A DNA stretch of 42,223 nucleotides, taken from Laspinema sp. D2d. Its GTDB lineage: Bacteria; Cyanobacteriota; Cyanobacteriia; Cyanobacteriales; Laspinemataceae. The translations under genes were made by a program, and so were the position numbers. The notes under the pieces are model-generated. The model did no database searches, was not told the DNA's origin, and was given only the letters and a program-made list of their open reading frames with translations. Below are positions 19,704-30,107 of this stretch, piece by piece; positions within the stretch are counted from its first letter, which is position 1, and every line of letters begins with the position of its first letter. The stretch spans positions 39,282 through 81,504 of the forward strand of contig NZ_JAMXFC010000004.1 of the NCBI RefSeq assembly GCF_025370755.1, written 5' to 3'.

Positions 19704-21131
19704 ATGCAACCAAACTCCATGCAACCAAACAACGAGGGTTGGATTAAAATTGCTGAATATATTTCCCTAGCTGGATCAGTTGCTGGTTTGGTTGCTGCAT
19801 TGGTTCTGGGAAGACTCAGTTATGCAGCCGTTGTTTTATTTCTCTCAGCCTGGTTAAATTTGGTCTATCGCCACCGATTGCACTTGATCACGCAGCAACG
19901 ACTCAGCAATGCCATTACGGAAGTGGATCAGAGTATAGATGAGTTTCAGGTGGCGATCGCCAATCGAGTTGGGGAACTCAGCGAAGAAATCTCCCACCTC
20001 AATGAAAACCTCCTCGACAAACCCGAGAAGGAGCAAATAGAGCGATTACTTTCCCCCATCCTCAACCTAGAACAACAGTTAATGGTGTTGGATGCAGCGT
20101 TAGCGCAGATTAGCAAGCATCTGGAACCTCCCATCGAGGAATTGCGCGATACCCTCACCGCCACCGAAGCAGACTCGCCAGAAAAAGCCACAACCGTAGG
20201 TAGCAGTCGTCTTCCCGAGGAGATTGCTCAACTCTCGGAACAAATTTCCCATCTCGGCGAGGCGATCGAGAAACTCGAACCCCGACGAGAAGGCAGCGAA
20301 ATCGTCCCCGTCCCTCCCCAAATGCCGATCGTGCCGAATGTCTGGGGTGTACCCGCCGTCAGCGAAGCGAACCCTAATCTACCCATGATCGATGCCTCGC
20401 CGGTTTCCTATGCCAGCGCCACCTCCCCCACCCCATTACCGACCTGGGGAAATCCCTATGATAAACTAAACCCTGAGACTGGCTCACCCCAAGCATTTCC
20501 AGCGAATCAAGCGCTGACTGTATCATCCCAGCCAGCGATCGCCTATTCCGGCTATCCCAACCCGGCGATCGGCGGCGAACCCGCCTCCAACATTGACTTA
20601 CGAGGAGCCATTCTCATTGGCTGTAGCCTCACCCAAGCCAATTTTGCGGGAGGGGATCTCCAAGAAGCCAACCTCAGTCAAGCCGACTTACGCGGTGCCG
20701 ACTTACGGGAAGCCAACCTTGCCGGTGCGAACCTCAGCGGTGCCAACCTGAATGAAGCCGACTTAGACGGTGCCAATCTTGCCGGTGCCGACTTGCGCGG
20801 CGTCAACCTCAGAAATACCCTGTTCAGAAATGTTTATCTCAGTGGCGCAAACCTCAGCGGATCCGACTTAAGCGGATTGGATTTAAGTGCGCTCAATCTC
20901 AACAGCGCCACCCTGATGGAAACCAATCTATCCAGTGCCAATTTACAGCAAACCCAATTAATCGGTGCGAATCTTGCCGGTGCGAATCTTGCCGGTGCTA
21001 ACCTAGAATCGGCTAACCTCACCCATGCCAACCTCACTAACGCCAACCTGATCGGCGCTAATTTTGGCGAAGGGGAAAATCAAGCTCAACTCGATGGCGC
21101 AATTCTCCCCGATGGCAGTATTTATGAGTAG
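19704..21131 (+). CDS. membrane-anchored pentapeptide-repeat protein
   Basis: Two N-terminal TM helices, a coiled-coil segment, a Pro-rich linker, then about 30 tandem A(N/D)LxG pentapeptide repeats. Confidence 0.85.
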   Translation: MQPNSMQPNNEGWIKIAEYISLAGSVAGLVAALVLGRLSYAAVVLFLSAWLNLVYRHRLHLITQQRLSNAITEVDQSIDEFQVAIANRVGELSEEISHLNENLLDKPEKEQIERLLSPILNLEQQLMVLDAALAQISKHLEPPIEELRDTLTATEADSPEKATTVGSSRLPEEIAQLSEQISHLGEAIEKLEPRREGSEIVPVPPQMPIVPNVWGVPAVSEANPNLPMIDASPVSYASATSPTPLPTWGNPYDKLNPETGSPQAFPANQALTVSSQPAIAYSGYPNPAIGGEPASNIDLRGAILIGCSLTQANFAGGDLQEANLSQADLRGADLREANLAGANLSGANLNEADLDGANLAGADLRGVNLRNTLFRNVYLSGANLSGSDLSGLDLSALNLNSATLMETNLSSANLQQTQLIGANLAGANLAGANLESANLTHANLTNANLIGANFGEGENQAQLDGAILPDGSIYE

Positions 21132-21142
21132 GGTTAAAAATA

Positions 21143-21173
21143 AAATCCCTCCGGGGGATGCATGGAGGGATTT
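21143..21173 (+). terminator. hairpin terminator (10-bp stem aaatccctcc/ggagggattt)
   Basis: Lies 12 nt after the pentapeptide-repeat gene stop. Confidence 0.5.
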
Positions 21174-21393
21174 ACTCTAAAGATGTCAAACACTTTCAGT
21201 CTAAGATCCATTCTCATCAATTTCTAACGTTTCTACCAGGGGGCTATCCCCCCCAATAGGGGTAACCCCCTACTCCATCAGCACTATAACCCGCTTCACT
21301 TGACCCTTGTAAACTCTAAAACTTCATGGGAAGAGCGGCAAGTCGGGGGATAAGATCTAAAGAGTCCATAGAACCCATCATCAGAACCCACTT

Positions 21394-22161
21394 ATGACCT
21401 ATTGCTTAGGTATCCTCACCCGTTTTGGTTTAGTGATCGCCGCTGATTCGCGTACCAATGCCGGAGTTGATCATATTTCCACTTACCAAAAATTGTTTGA
21501 TTTTTCCGTACCCGGAGATCGAACTATTCTGTTATGTACCTCGGGAAATTTATCTATAACCCAAGGAGCGATCGCTGCCTTAGAGCAAGATATTAAACAT
21601 CAAGAAGAAATCAATCTTCATACCCTCCCTAGTTTGACCGAAGTCGCTCGTTATATCGGCAATAAAATCCGCGCTATCCAAGATCAGGATAGACCTTGGT
21701 TAGAACGCGATCGCATCGATTATAAATGTAGTATATTACTGGGCGGTCAAATTAGGGGAGAAGAACCTAATCTGTATTTAATTTACAGTCAGGGAAACTT
21801 CATTCATGCCACCAAAGAAACGCCCTTTCTCCAAATTGGAGAAACTAAATATGGTAAACCTCTCTTAGACCGCACCCTCACCGCAAATACTCCCTTAGAA
21901 GCTGCTGCAAAATGTGCCTTGCTCTCCATCGATTCTACCATGAAATCTAATATTTCCGTAGGACCGCCCATTGATATTATCATGTACCATACAGATTCCT
22001 TCGCCATCCGCCATCGGTTGAGATTGAGACTCGGCGATCCCTATCTAGCTAAAATTAGAAAATTATGGGAAATCTACGTTAAACAAGCCTTTGATGAGAT
22101 GCCAGATGTGGAATGGGAATATGATGAAGAGGAGGTAAAAGAAGATATTCTGATTGACTAA
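21394..22161 (+). CDS. Anbu (ancestral beta-subunit) proteasome-like Ntn-hydrolase
   Basis: Begins MTYCLGI, so a Thr is exposed after Met removal. Proteasome beta-subunit-like fold length (255 aa). Adjacent to alpha-E and circularly permuted ATP-grasp genes, as in Anbu operons. Confidence 0.7.
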   Translation: MTYCLGILTRFGLVIAADSRTNAGVDHISTYQKLFDFSVPGDRTILLCTSGNLSITQGAIAALEQDIKHQEEINLHTLPSLTEVARYIGNKIRAIQDQDRPWLERDRIDYKCSILLGGQIRGEEPNLYLIYSQGNFIHATKETPFLQIGETKYGKPLLDRTLTANTPLEAAAKCALLSIDSTMKSNISVGPPIDIIMYHTDSFAIRHRLRLRLGDPYLAKIRKLWEIYVKQAFDEMPDVEWEYDEEEVKEDILID

Positions 22162-22273
22162 AGGGAATTACCACCAAGGGAAGAACATTCGTAGTAACGA
22201 CTGAAGTCGTTTCCTCATGACTTAGCCACTCTAAGTCACGAGGATTCACCCCATCTAACCCATCTTTAAACAA

Positions 22274-23296
22274 TCAAGACCCGATCGCCGTCTGAGTTTG
22301 CGTCTGAGTCTGAATGGAAGCAATAGGTTTAATTTCCTCCACTATCTCTACAGCGGGTTCAAGAGCAAAATAAGTATTAAAAATACTCTGACCCACGCCA
22401 TTGAGTTGCTCTTGCAGGGTATTAATAAACTCATGTAAACCCGTTTCAAAAATATCGGCAATGGTCATATATTCTAATTGCGATCGCAACCGACCTAAAG
22501 CCCGTTCTGCCGGGTCTCTCCAAGTTCCCACCGGAGTTCCAGTAATTTCATGAAGCGATCGTTCCGCATTCACAAAACAAAACCGAATTGAGCGCGGAAA
22601 ATCTCGATCCATAATCAAAAACTCCGCCACTAGCGTGGGATTAATCCGATGCTGGCGCTTCCGGTACATCTCATAAGCACTCGCCGATCGCAATAACGAC
22701 ATCCATTGAATTTCATCCAGGGTCGTTCCCACATCATAGACCGACGGCAGCAAAATATAATACTTTACATCCAAAATCCGAGAAGTTTTATCTGCACGTT
22801 CCAACAGTCGGCCAATATGTCCAAAATGCCACCCTTCATTATGGGTCATTGTCGCATCCATGATGCCTGAAAACAAGTGACTTGCCAATTTAACCTGGGT
22901 AAAAAAATCATGGAGAGAGGCTAAATTTTGTTTCGGTGCAGCCTCTTTCACCATCATATAAAAGGCATTGACCTGTTCCCACATTTCCGAAGAAATCACT
23001 TCTCGGACCGATCGCGCATTCTCCCGGGCGATTTGTAAGCAAGATAAAATCGAATTGGGGTAATCGCGATCGAAGGCCAAAAATTGAATCACATTTTCTG
23101 GTAGCACTTCCCCATATCGTTCTTGAAACAGGGGTGAATCTCCCGTGATTTTCACCAAGGGATCCCATTGTTGGCTCATCCCCGTGGGAGAATCCAGAAT
23201 TAAATTGAGATTAACATCAATGAAACGGGCAATATTTTCCGCCCGTTCTACATAACGATTCAGCCAATAAATTGAATGTGCAACGCGACTCAGCAT
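22274..23296 (-). CDS. alpha-E domain (DUF403) protein
   Basis: N-terminus MLSRVAHSIYWLNRYVERAENIARFIDVN is the hallmark of alpha-E proteins encoded beside circularly permuted ATP-grasp enzymes. Confidence 0.8.
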   Translation of the reverse strand: MLSRVAHSIYWLNRYVERAENIARFIDVNLNLILDSPTGMSQQWDPLVKITGDSPLFQERYGEVLPENVIQFLAFDRDYPNSILSCLQIARENARSVREVISSEMWEQVNAFYMMVKEAAPKQNLASLHDFFTQVKLASHLFSGIMDATMTHNEGWHFGHIGRLLERADKTSRILDVKYYILLPSVYDVGTTLDEIQWMSLLRSASAYEMYRKRQHRINPTLVAEFLIMDRDFPRSIRFCFVNAERSLHEITGTPVGTWRDPAERALGRLRSQLEYMTIADIFETGLHEFINTLQEQLNGVGQSIFNTYFALEPAVEIVEEIKPIASIQTQTQTQTAIGS

Positions 23297-23449
23297 GAGA
23301 ATTTTTAGAGTTTAAAGTTGAGAATTTTGAGTGTTTTAACCTGAGACAGTCATGCTTGGAAACCCGCGCCAAATTCCAAGGGTTCAGCGGTTGGCTGTCA
23401 GGAATGTCCCTCCCTCTCACCCCTCAATCCTGACGCTTAACCCCGTCGT

Positions 23450-24883
23450 TTATTCCGTCACGACCCAAGTATCTTTACTCCCCCCGCCTTGGGAAGAATT
23501 AACTACTAAAGACCCTCGTTTTAAGGCAACCCGAGTTAATCCACCGGGGTTAACATAGATATCTTTGCCATAGAGGATATAGGGTCTCAAATCGACGTGA
23601 CAGCCTTCAATATGGCTATCAACTAACGTAGGAACCCGAGACAGGCAGAGGGTAGGTTGGGCGATATAATTGCGGGGATTGGCGCGAATGCGATCGGCAA
23701 AATCCTCTCGTTGTTCTGCTGTCGCTTGAGTACCAATTAACATCCCATACCCGCCCGATTCATTCGCCGCCTTGACTACCAATTGATCCAAATTAGCCAA
23801 CACATGATCTAAATGTTTGGGATTCCCACATAAATAAGTCGGAACATTGGGAATAATTTGGTCTTCTCCCAGATAATATCGAATCATCTCCGGGACAAAA
23901 GCATAAATTGCCTTGTCATCGGCAACACCCGTTCCCAAAGCATTAGCAATACCCAATCGACCCGATCGATAAACCTCCATCAAACCCGGTACACCTAACA
24001 AAGAATCCGGGCGAAATGCGAGAGGATCAATAAAATCATCATCAATCCGACGATAGACCACATCAACGCGCTTTAGCCCCTTCGTCGTCCGCATTTGCAA
24101 GTAGCCATCGGCAACGACTAAATCCTTCCCTTCCACCAGTTCTACCCCCATTTGCTGGGCTAGAAATGAATGTTCAAAGTAGGCCGAATTATAAATTCCG
24201 GGGGTAATCACCACCACATTGGGATCGGGTAAATTATCCGGGGCGAGATTGAGTAACGTTTCTAACAGATAACTGGGATATTCATCAACAGGTTGAATAT
24301 CCATCGTTCTAAAAACTTGGGGGAATGTACTTTTCATCACCCGCCGGTTTTCTAAAACGTAGGAAACCCCTGAAGGACATCGCAAATTATCTTCTAAAAC
24401 ATACCACTGCCCATCTTTGTCTCGGACTAAATCAGTGCCCGTGATGTGACACCAAATTCCCTTGGGCGGTTTTAACCCGATGCAAGGTTTCAGAAATCCT
24501 TTAGCCGACTGAACCAATTCGAGAGGAATGACCCCATCTTTAATGATTTTTTGGTCCCCATAAATATCAGCAATAAATAGATTTAAAGCTTCAATTCGTT
24601 GCTTCAGTCCACGATTGAGAGTGGCCCATTCGTTCGCTGCTACAATACGGGGAATAATGTCAAATGGAAAAATTCGCTCGTTGCCTTCGCTATCCCCATA
24701 AACCGTAAAGGTAATCCCCAGCTTAAACATGGCGCTTTGTGCCGCCTGTTGTCGCTGGAGAAGTTCTCCATCGGATAGAGAATTGATTCTGTCTATCAAG
24801 GGGTTCGCCTGGGGGCGAGGTTTTCCCTTCTCGATAAACAGTTCATCGTAAAAATCGCCTGGATCGTATGTGTCAAATCGCAC
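23450..24883 (-). CDS. circularly permuted type-2 ATP-grasp protein (DUF404/DUF407 amidoligase)
   Basis: 477 aa with N-terminal [16 protein letters not shown]. Family-typical length and position upstream of alpha-E. Confidence 0.8.
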   Translation of the reverse strand: MRFDTYDPGDFYDELFIEKGKPRPQANPLIDRINSLSDGELLQRQQAAQSAMFKLGITFTVYGDSEGNERIFPFDIIPRIVAANEWATLNRGLKQRIEALNLFIADIYGDQKIIKDGVIPLELVQSAKGFLKPCIGLKPPKGIWCHITGTDLVRDKDGQWYVLEDNLRCPSGVSYVLENRRVMKSTFPQVFRTMDIQPVDEYPSYLLETLLNLAPDNLPDPNVVVITPGIYNSAYFEHSFLAQQMGVELVEGKDLVVADGYLQMRTTKGLKRVDVVYRRIDDDFIDPLAFRPDSLLGVPGLMEVYRSGRLGIANALGTGVADDKAIYAFVPEMIRYYLGEDQIIPNVPTYLCGNPKHLDHVLANLDQLVVKAANESGGYGMLIGTQATAEQREDFADRIRANPRNYIAQPTLCLSRVPTLVDSHIEGCHVDLRPYILYGKDIYVNPGGLTRVALKRGSLVVNSSQGGGSKDTWVVTE

Positions 24884-25421
24884 AGTCTGCTCTCTAACGC
24901 TGTCCCCTACTTTAGGATAAATGGAGTGGATAGAATACCCGCAGACTATTAATTTTTATGAACTTGCCCGTTTTCAATTCAGGCCGATCGCTGTTTTAGA
25001 ATACTACATGACTAGAGGTTTCTAGGGTTAGGGGAGGGTAAAACGGTCCTGAATGCAGAAAAGAGTCGGGTTTTATCGCGATCGCTTTTTCAACAAATCC
25101 AGACATTTCTCCAAGTCTGGGAGTACAAGTGGGATAAAAAACCGGGTTTTTCTACCCACACTTTCCCCCTCAACCGGAGAACCCGAGTAGAGGGACCCTC
25201 AGTTTGGGCGGAAAATTGCCATGCCGGTTAGTACCCGGTTTGAATGGGAAGTTTTTTCAGGATTTGCACCGGAAGAGCAAGAGGCAGAGTCTATCAAATT
25301 CTGTCCTACTTTTAAATTGCCATGAACCAGCAATGATCCAGATCTACTCTCTCAATTCTAGGGTTTATGTTTACTCTAATTTGAGTCAATAATTTCAGGA
25401 ATAATATTCAGTGAGCACGAC

Positions 25422-25943
25422 TCAATGAGGATTGGACTGAGTTAGACGATGGAGGAGATCGAGAAAATCTTCAAAAATCGGTTGAAAATTGGTGGGGGTG
25501 AGTAGGGGGACATGGACGAAGAGGGCATTGATTTTTTTGGGGTGATGATTCAGATGATTTAAAACAGCATAATAGAGGGCTTCGCAGACAAATTTTCCGG
25601 CATCTTCGCTGATTTCAGTGAGTTTTAAATCTTCGAGAAGTGCAGGAAGATTTAATGGGGTGACGATCGCCTCGTTGCCCGATCTCGCCTGTTTTTCTAC
25701 GGTGAGTTTTTGCCGACATTCTGCCATACCGCAACACACCACCAGATCCGGTTGCAGTTCGTTGATTTTAGCGATCGCCTGTTTGGGGGCCTCTTGAAAA
25801 TCTACGGGTAATTTCCGCAGGAAGTGCAGATCATGGGGAATCCCCCTCACCTGGGATACTTTCTCTAATAAGTCATCCGAGGAGTTAGTTTGGTGATGGG
25901 ACATCCAAATATCAAACGAGGTTAGGAGTATAGTTTGAGTCAT
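25422..25943 (-). CDS. peptidase C15 (pyroglutamyl-peptidase I-like) family protein
   Basis: Aligns by eye to Pcp: ILLTSFDIW / VLLTGFDPF, PDLVVCCGMAECRQKLTVEKQA / PDIIICVGQAGGR..ITPERVA, catalytic Cys block AGKFVCEALYY / AGTFVCNHLFY, and His block FVHVPL / FIHIPY. Start set at the internal Met. Confidence 0.6.
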   Translation of the reverse strand: MTQTILLTSFDIWMSHHQTNSSDDLLEKVSQVRGIPHDLHFLRKLPVDFQEAPKQAIAKINELQPDLVVCCGMAECRQKLTVEKQARSGNEAIVTPLNLPALLEDLKLTEISEDAGKFVCEALYYAVLNHLNHHPKKINALFVHVPLLTPTNFQPIFEDFLDLLHRLTQSNPH

Positions 25944-26008
25944 AGCAATGGGTCCGTTACCCGTTATAATTAAAAGAGCCTCAGTCAAGTATTTTAAGGA
26001 AAAAGGCA

Positions 26009-26653
26009 ATGCCGGTAATCGCCGTCATCGATTATGATATGGGCAATCTGCACTCCGTCTGTAAAGGATTGGAAAATGCAGGGGCCACACCCAAAATCAC
26101 CGATGTGCCTGGGGAAATTGAACAGGCAGATGCGGTTTTGTTGCCCGGAGTCGGGTCCTTTGATCCGGCGATCCAACATTTGCGATCGCGGGATTTAGTC
26201 TCCCCGGTTAAGGATGCGATCGCCTCGGGAAAACCGTTTTTAGGGGTTTGTCTGGGATTGCAAATCCTGTTTGATAGTAGCGAAGAAGGAAAAGAACCCG
26301 GTTTAGGCATTATTCCCGGGGTGGTTCGTCGCTTTAAATCCGAACCGGGTTTAACGATACCTCATATCGGCTGGAATCGTCTGGACTTCACACAACCGGA
26401 GGTTCCCCTGTGGCAGCATTTGCAGCATCAGCCTTGGTTGTATTTTGTGCATTCTTATTATGTTGACCCCATCGATTCTGTTGTGACTGCCGCTACTGTA
26501 ACCCACGGCAGTCAAACCGTCACCGCTGCGATCGCCCGGGAGAACCTCGTTGCCGTCCAATTTCATCCGGAAAAATCTTCTACTGCCGGGTTGCAAATGT
26601 TAGCGAACTTTGTCAAACAAATCGAATTGCGATCGCTGGCAATGTCTCATTAA
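26009..26653 (+). CDS. hisH: imidazole glycerol phosphate synthase, glutamine amidotransferase subunit
   Basis: MPVIAVIDYDMGNLHSVCKGLE..., class-I GATase Cys box GVCLGLQ, HVHSYY. Confidence 0.92.
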   Translation: MPVIAVIDYDMGNLHSVCKGLENAGATPKITDVPGEIEQADAVLLPGVGSFDPAIQHLRSRDLVSPVKDAIASGKPFLGVCLGLQILFDSSEEGKEPGLGIIPGVVRRFKSEPGLTIPHIGWNRLDFTQPEVPLWQHLQHQPWLYFVHSYYVDPIDSVVTAATVTHGSQTVTAAIARENLVAVQFHPEKSSTAGLQMLANFVKQIELRSLAMSH

Positions 26654-26660
26654 AACAACA

Positions 26661-26688
26661 AACCGGGGTATCTCAACCCCGGTTTTAA
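26661..26688 (+). terminator. rho-independent terminator after hisH
   Basis: aaccggggt-atctca-accccggtt followed by TTTT, 8 nt after the stop. Confidence 0.75.
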
Positions 26689-27232
26689 AATCTAAATTAG
26701 ATTCTTGTGTTTTGAAAAGCTTAATCGGTCAGTCAGATTATAAATCCAGCAAAAAAACAACACCCAATCGGTCCTAGCTTAGTGACTTCCTCTCTTCCTT
26801 TGAGCTTCTTTGGAGGTGCCGTGAAACCGCAGTTTCAATCGCATTGCTCCCTACTGCATCAGTTGAGGAAATATCAGCCCGGGGATTGGGTGATGTTTTT
26901 CGGTTTGTTGTGGTACGAGACAGATGTAAAATGGAACAGCTTTAACCTCTTTAGGTGTGAACGTGGACTTTGGCTGTTTGAATCTGCCAGGGAAGCGTTT
27001 TCCGCTTCAATTACTACTTTAGCGGGTTTTGATAGAGATGCAAGCAAAAGTAAGAAAGGTTTACAGTTGAACGCGGGTTTACTCTAACTTTAATGAAGTT
27101 AAGTTAAGTTAGGATTCGCTTCAAAGAAATAGGACCTGTGAGGGCATAGATCCGCAAAGCCCTCCCCAAGACATTGGGGAGGGGACCGGAAGTCGAGTGA
27201 GTCGGGTTCAAGTCGCTTAAGCGGCTATTTCT

Positions 27233-28135
27233 TTATTTAGAGACGTAGTGAACCCACAAATCACCATCAGGACCGCAGATCTGTTTCATCATGCCGTAAG
27301 AGTAGACTAAGCCTTTGCCACTCACCGTGGTGTCATATCCCCAGGAGAACCACTCTCCATAAGGGTCATTGACAATCCAACCTTTCTCGTTATATCCCTT
27401 AATAACAATAATGTGTCCCGATCGGCTAAACCAGCCATGTACGATAATGGGTTTCCCCGCTTCTAGCCATTTTTTGACATCGGACCATTTGGCATCGGGT
27501 TGAAAATCATCTTTGTACCCATACCGATGGATCAGTTTTGCCAAATCCGTTGGAGAATGACGGGATAACCCATTGTTGAGACAAAACTGATAGAGTTCGT
27601 CTTCTAACTGTTGACCTTTGGTATTTTTAAGGCGGTGCCCTAAATAACCCAGGCACATGGCTACAGAGGTCACATTGCAAGATCCATGAGGATTCCACAC
27701 ATTATCCAGTTGGGATAAATAGGGAATATTTAAATCAATGGTGGTTGGTTTTGGCGGCGCAGTTGTTACGGTGGTTGTCTGTTCTAGGGTTGCAGTACGT
27801 TCGGTGGTGAGGACCGCAGTCGTGACGCGATCGCCATTAGTGGTAGAGGCTTCTCGGCTGGAAGTAACTGTCACCGAAGAGGTGGAGACGGTGGTAGAAA
27901 CTTGAGCATATTCGGGGTTACGCCAAATTTGTAAAAATTCAGCATCGGACCGAAACAGATCCGGGTGAGTTTTTTCTAATTCCGCCTGGAGGTGTTTTAA
28001 TGCCTCATCCTGATGCGGTAGACCTTCATAATATTTGGCAACGTTGAGTAGAGAAATGTAGATGCTCATAATCTTGGGTGAATGAAGTGAATATGCGTCC
28101 GATTTGCTTGGAATTTGGCGGGCGATCGCCATCAA
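27233..28135 (-). CDS. secreted papain-like (C39-like) cysteine-peptidase domain protein, paralog of the next gene
   Basis: Shared N-terminal module (KYYEGLPHQDEALKHLQ...FLQIWRNP). C39_2-like core [28 protein letters not shown]...HIIVIKGYNEKGWIVNDPYGEW. Thr/Ser-rich linker. Confidence 0.65.
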   Translation of the reverse strand: MMAIARQIPSKSDAYSLHSPKIMSIYISLLNVAKYYEGLPHQDEALKHLQAELEKTHPDLFRSDAEFLQIWRNPEYAQVSTTVSTSSVTVTSSREASTTNGDRVTTAVLTTERTATLEQTTTVTTAPPKPTTIDLNIPYLSQLDNVWNPHGSCNVTSVAMCLGYLGHRLKNTKGQQLEDELYQFCLNNGLSRHSPTDLAKLIHRYGYKDDFQPDAKWSDVKKWLEAGKPIIVHGWFSRSGHIIVIKGYNEKGWIVNDPYGEWFSWGYDTTVSGKGLVYSYGMMKQICGPDGDLWVHYVSK

Positions 28136-28182
28136 GAATTAGAGTAATCCAGAAGAATTTATCCGGGGCGATCGCATCTTTC

Positions 28183-29727
28183 TTAAAGAATGCTTCGTTG
28201 CAATTGTTGGACGACGGGCCAGAAATGATCCCATCCATTCAGTCCGCCATTGACTAAGCGGCGAACCCGTTTCCAGTCTCCCTCTTGTGCAGCCACATCA
28301 ACCTGACGTTCCCAAAAATATTCCACCAAGATTTTTGCAGAAAGGTCCGGGTCTAATGCCAACTCGGGTTGGTCTTCTAAAGGAGCACCTAATTTCAACC
28401 CATAGTGGCGATAATTTGCACGACCTGTAATTTGAATAAATCCTCGTCCATGATATTTCACCCCATCTCCAGGATGGGTATTTCCTAAGTCAAGACGACC
28501 TTCATACATCGAGTGAAAATAGGTGTTCCCACCCCATTCTCGAATTGGACGGAATCCAGCGGTTTCTACGCCGATTGTAGCGAGGGTAGCAATCACCGTG
28601 GGTTTGTTGAGAATTCCTTTCTGTTCTAAGGCTTTCATCACCCCAGGCATATAAGTCCGAATATCAGAAAGGGGTGCATTCAAAACTTGGGCGGCTTTTT
28701 CATCGGAAATCAATTCTTTGACTGGATTGAAACCGGGAACCTCTTTCGCCTCAATTAAGGCTTTTGCCAGTTCTCGCGCGATCGGGTCTGCGGAAACTTG
28801 ATAGGCTTGTGCAAAGCGATTCAGGGCTGATTCTGTAATTGGACCATATTTTCCATCCGCCTCTCCAGTTAATAAACTCAGACTCCGTAATCGCACTTGA
28901 ATTTGGATCACTAAAGTGGTATCGGTGACCACTTCTTTTAAAGGAATGGCTTTGTTTTCTTGTAAAATATCTTGCAGACGCAGGCCCGTCACTGTAAGGA
29001 CATTTTGGGGTGAGGCGGTTATGCGCTTATCTGATACAAAATGAATCCAATTATCTCCATCGGGACCGCAGAGATCTTTCATCATTTTATAGGAATAGGT
29101 TAAACCCGCCCCACTCCGACTGGTGTTATATCCAGTGGAGAACCATTCTCCGTAGGGGTCATGAACAATCCACCCTTTATCGTTATAACCAATAATGGTA
29201 ATAATATGTCCAGACCGGGTAAACCATCCGTGGGAAATACAGGGTTTTCCGGCATCAAGCCACTTTTTCACATCGTCCCATTTAGCATTGTACTGAAAAT
29301 TATCTTCATAGCCATAGGACTTAATCACTTTCGCCAAATCTTCGGGATTATGTCGCGAAAGTCCATTGTTAATCATGTATCGATAGAGTTCGTCCTCTAA
29401 CTGTTCTCCCGTGGCGGGATTTTTGAGGGCTTTCCCAAAGAAACCTAGGCACATCGCCACACAGGTGACGTTGCATGATCCGTGGGGATTATTGATATTA
29501 TCAATCTGAGATAAATAGGGAACGTTCAGTTTAACGGGTTCTTTTGGCAGTTGGGGAACCACGGGGGGTTGTGCCGGGGGTTTTCTCCAAATTCTGAGGA
29601 ATTCAGAGTTTTCTGAGAGCAGTTCAGGACGGTTTTTGGCGATTTCGTCTTGGAGAAGTTTCAAAGCTGCTTCTTGCTGAGGTTCAGCCTTGTAGTATTT
29701 AATGACATTGACTAAGGAAACATTCAT
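28183..29727 (-). CDS. multidomain cell-wall hydrolase: C39-like cysteine peptidase, PG_binding_1, and GH19/lysozyme-like domain
   Basis: N-terminal half is paralogous to 27233-28135. A PG-binding repeat ([19 protein letters not shown]). A C-terminal GH19-like block ([15 protein letters not shown]). Confidence 0.7.
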   Translation of the reverse strand: MNVSLVNVIKYYKAEPQQEAALKLLQDEIAKNRPELLSENSEFLRIWRKPPAQPPVVPQLPKEPVKLNVPYLSQIDNINNPHGSCNVTCVAMCLGFFGKALKNPATGEQLEDELYRYMINNGLSRHNPEDLAKVIKSYGYEDNFQYNAKWDDVKKWLDAGKPCISHGWFTRSGHIITIIGYNDKGWIVHDPYGEWFSTGYNTSRSGAGLTYSYKMMKDLCGPDGDNWIHFVSDKRITASPQNVLTVTGLRLQDILQENKAIPLKEVVTDTTLVIQIQVRLRSLSLLTGEADGKYGPITESALNRFAQAYQVSADPIARELAKALIEAKEVPGFNPVKELISDEKAAQVLNAPLSDIRTYMPGVMKALEQKGILNKPTVIATLATIGVETAGFRPIREWGGNTYFHSMYEGRLDLGNTHPGDGVKYHGRGFIQITGRANYRHYGLKLGAPLEDQPELALDPDLSAKILVEYFWERQVDVAAQEGDWKRVRRLVNGGLNGWDHFWPVVQQLQRSIL

Positions 29728-30107
29728 TCCGGTTCATTCCTAATATTTCAATGGGTGATATGATGTGATTAGCCTAGGGATTTTGAACGGGTTTAATCCT
29801 CCTGTAATCAAAAACTTAATGAGCGATCGCCCCCTGAAATATAAGCTAAAAAATGGCAAGTTTGAATTTATATATCTTTAGGCAGATGCCCTAATTCAAA
29901 CTTCATAATTTGGTCTTATCCTAGTCTGGCTTTCCCTCTATGTCACTACCGCTAACTAGGACAAATTAATAGATAGGTTAGGAAATTTATAAATTATAAA
30001 ATATTAATATAATTAAAATTAATATGATTTTTTAAAGCAGCAAAAATACCACTAACCTGATGAAAACAGGATAGCGGACTATTAAATAGATTTTTGTTAA
30101 AATAATT

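Noticed and set aside
25204-25392. 62-aa ORF in the spacer between the C15 peptidase and ATP-grasp genes
   Set aside because: It lies on the opposite strand to both neighbours, has no RBS and has no domain. It is more likely a promoter or leader region for the ATP-grasp gene.
26782-27087. 101-aa ORF in the hisH-peptidase spacer
   Set aside because: No Shine-Dalgarno, atypical amino-acid composition and no domain. Noted under findings only as possible non-coding space.
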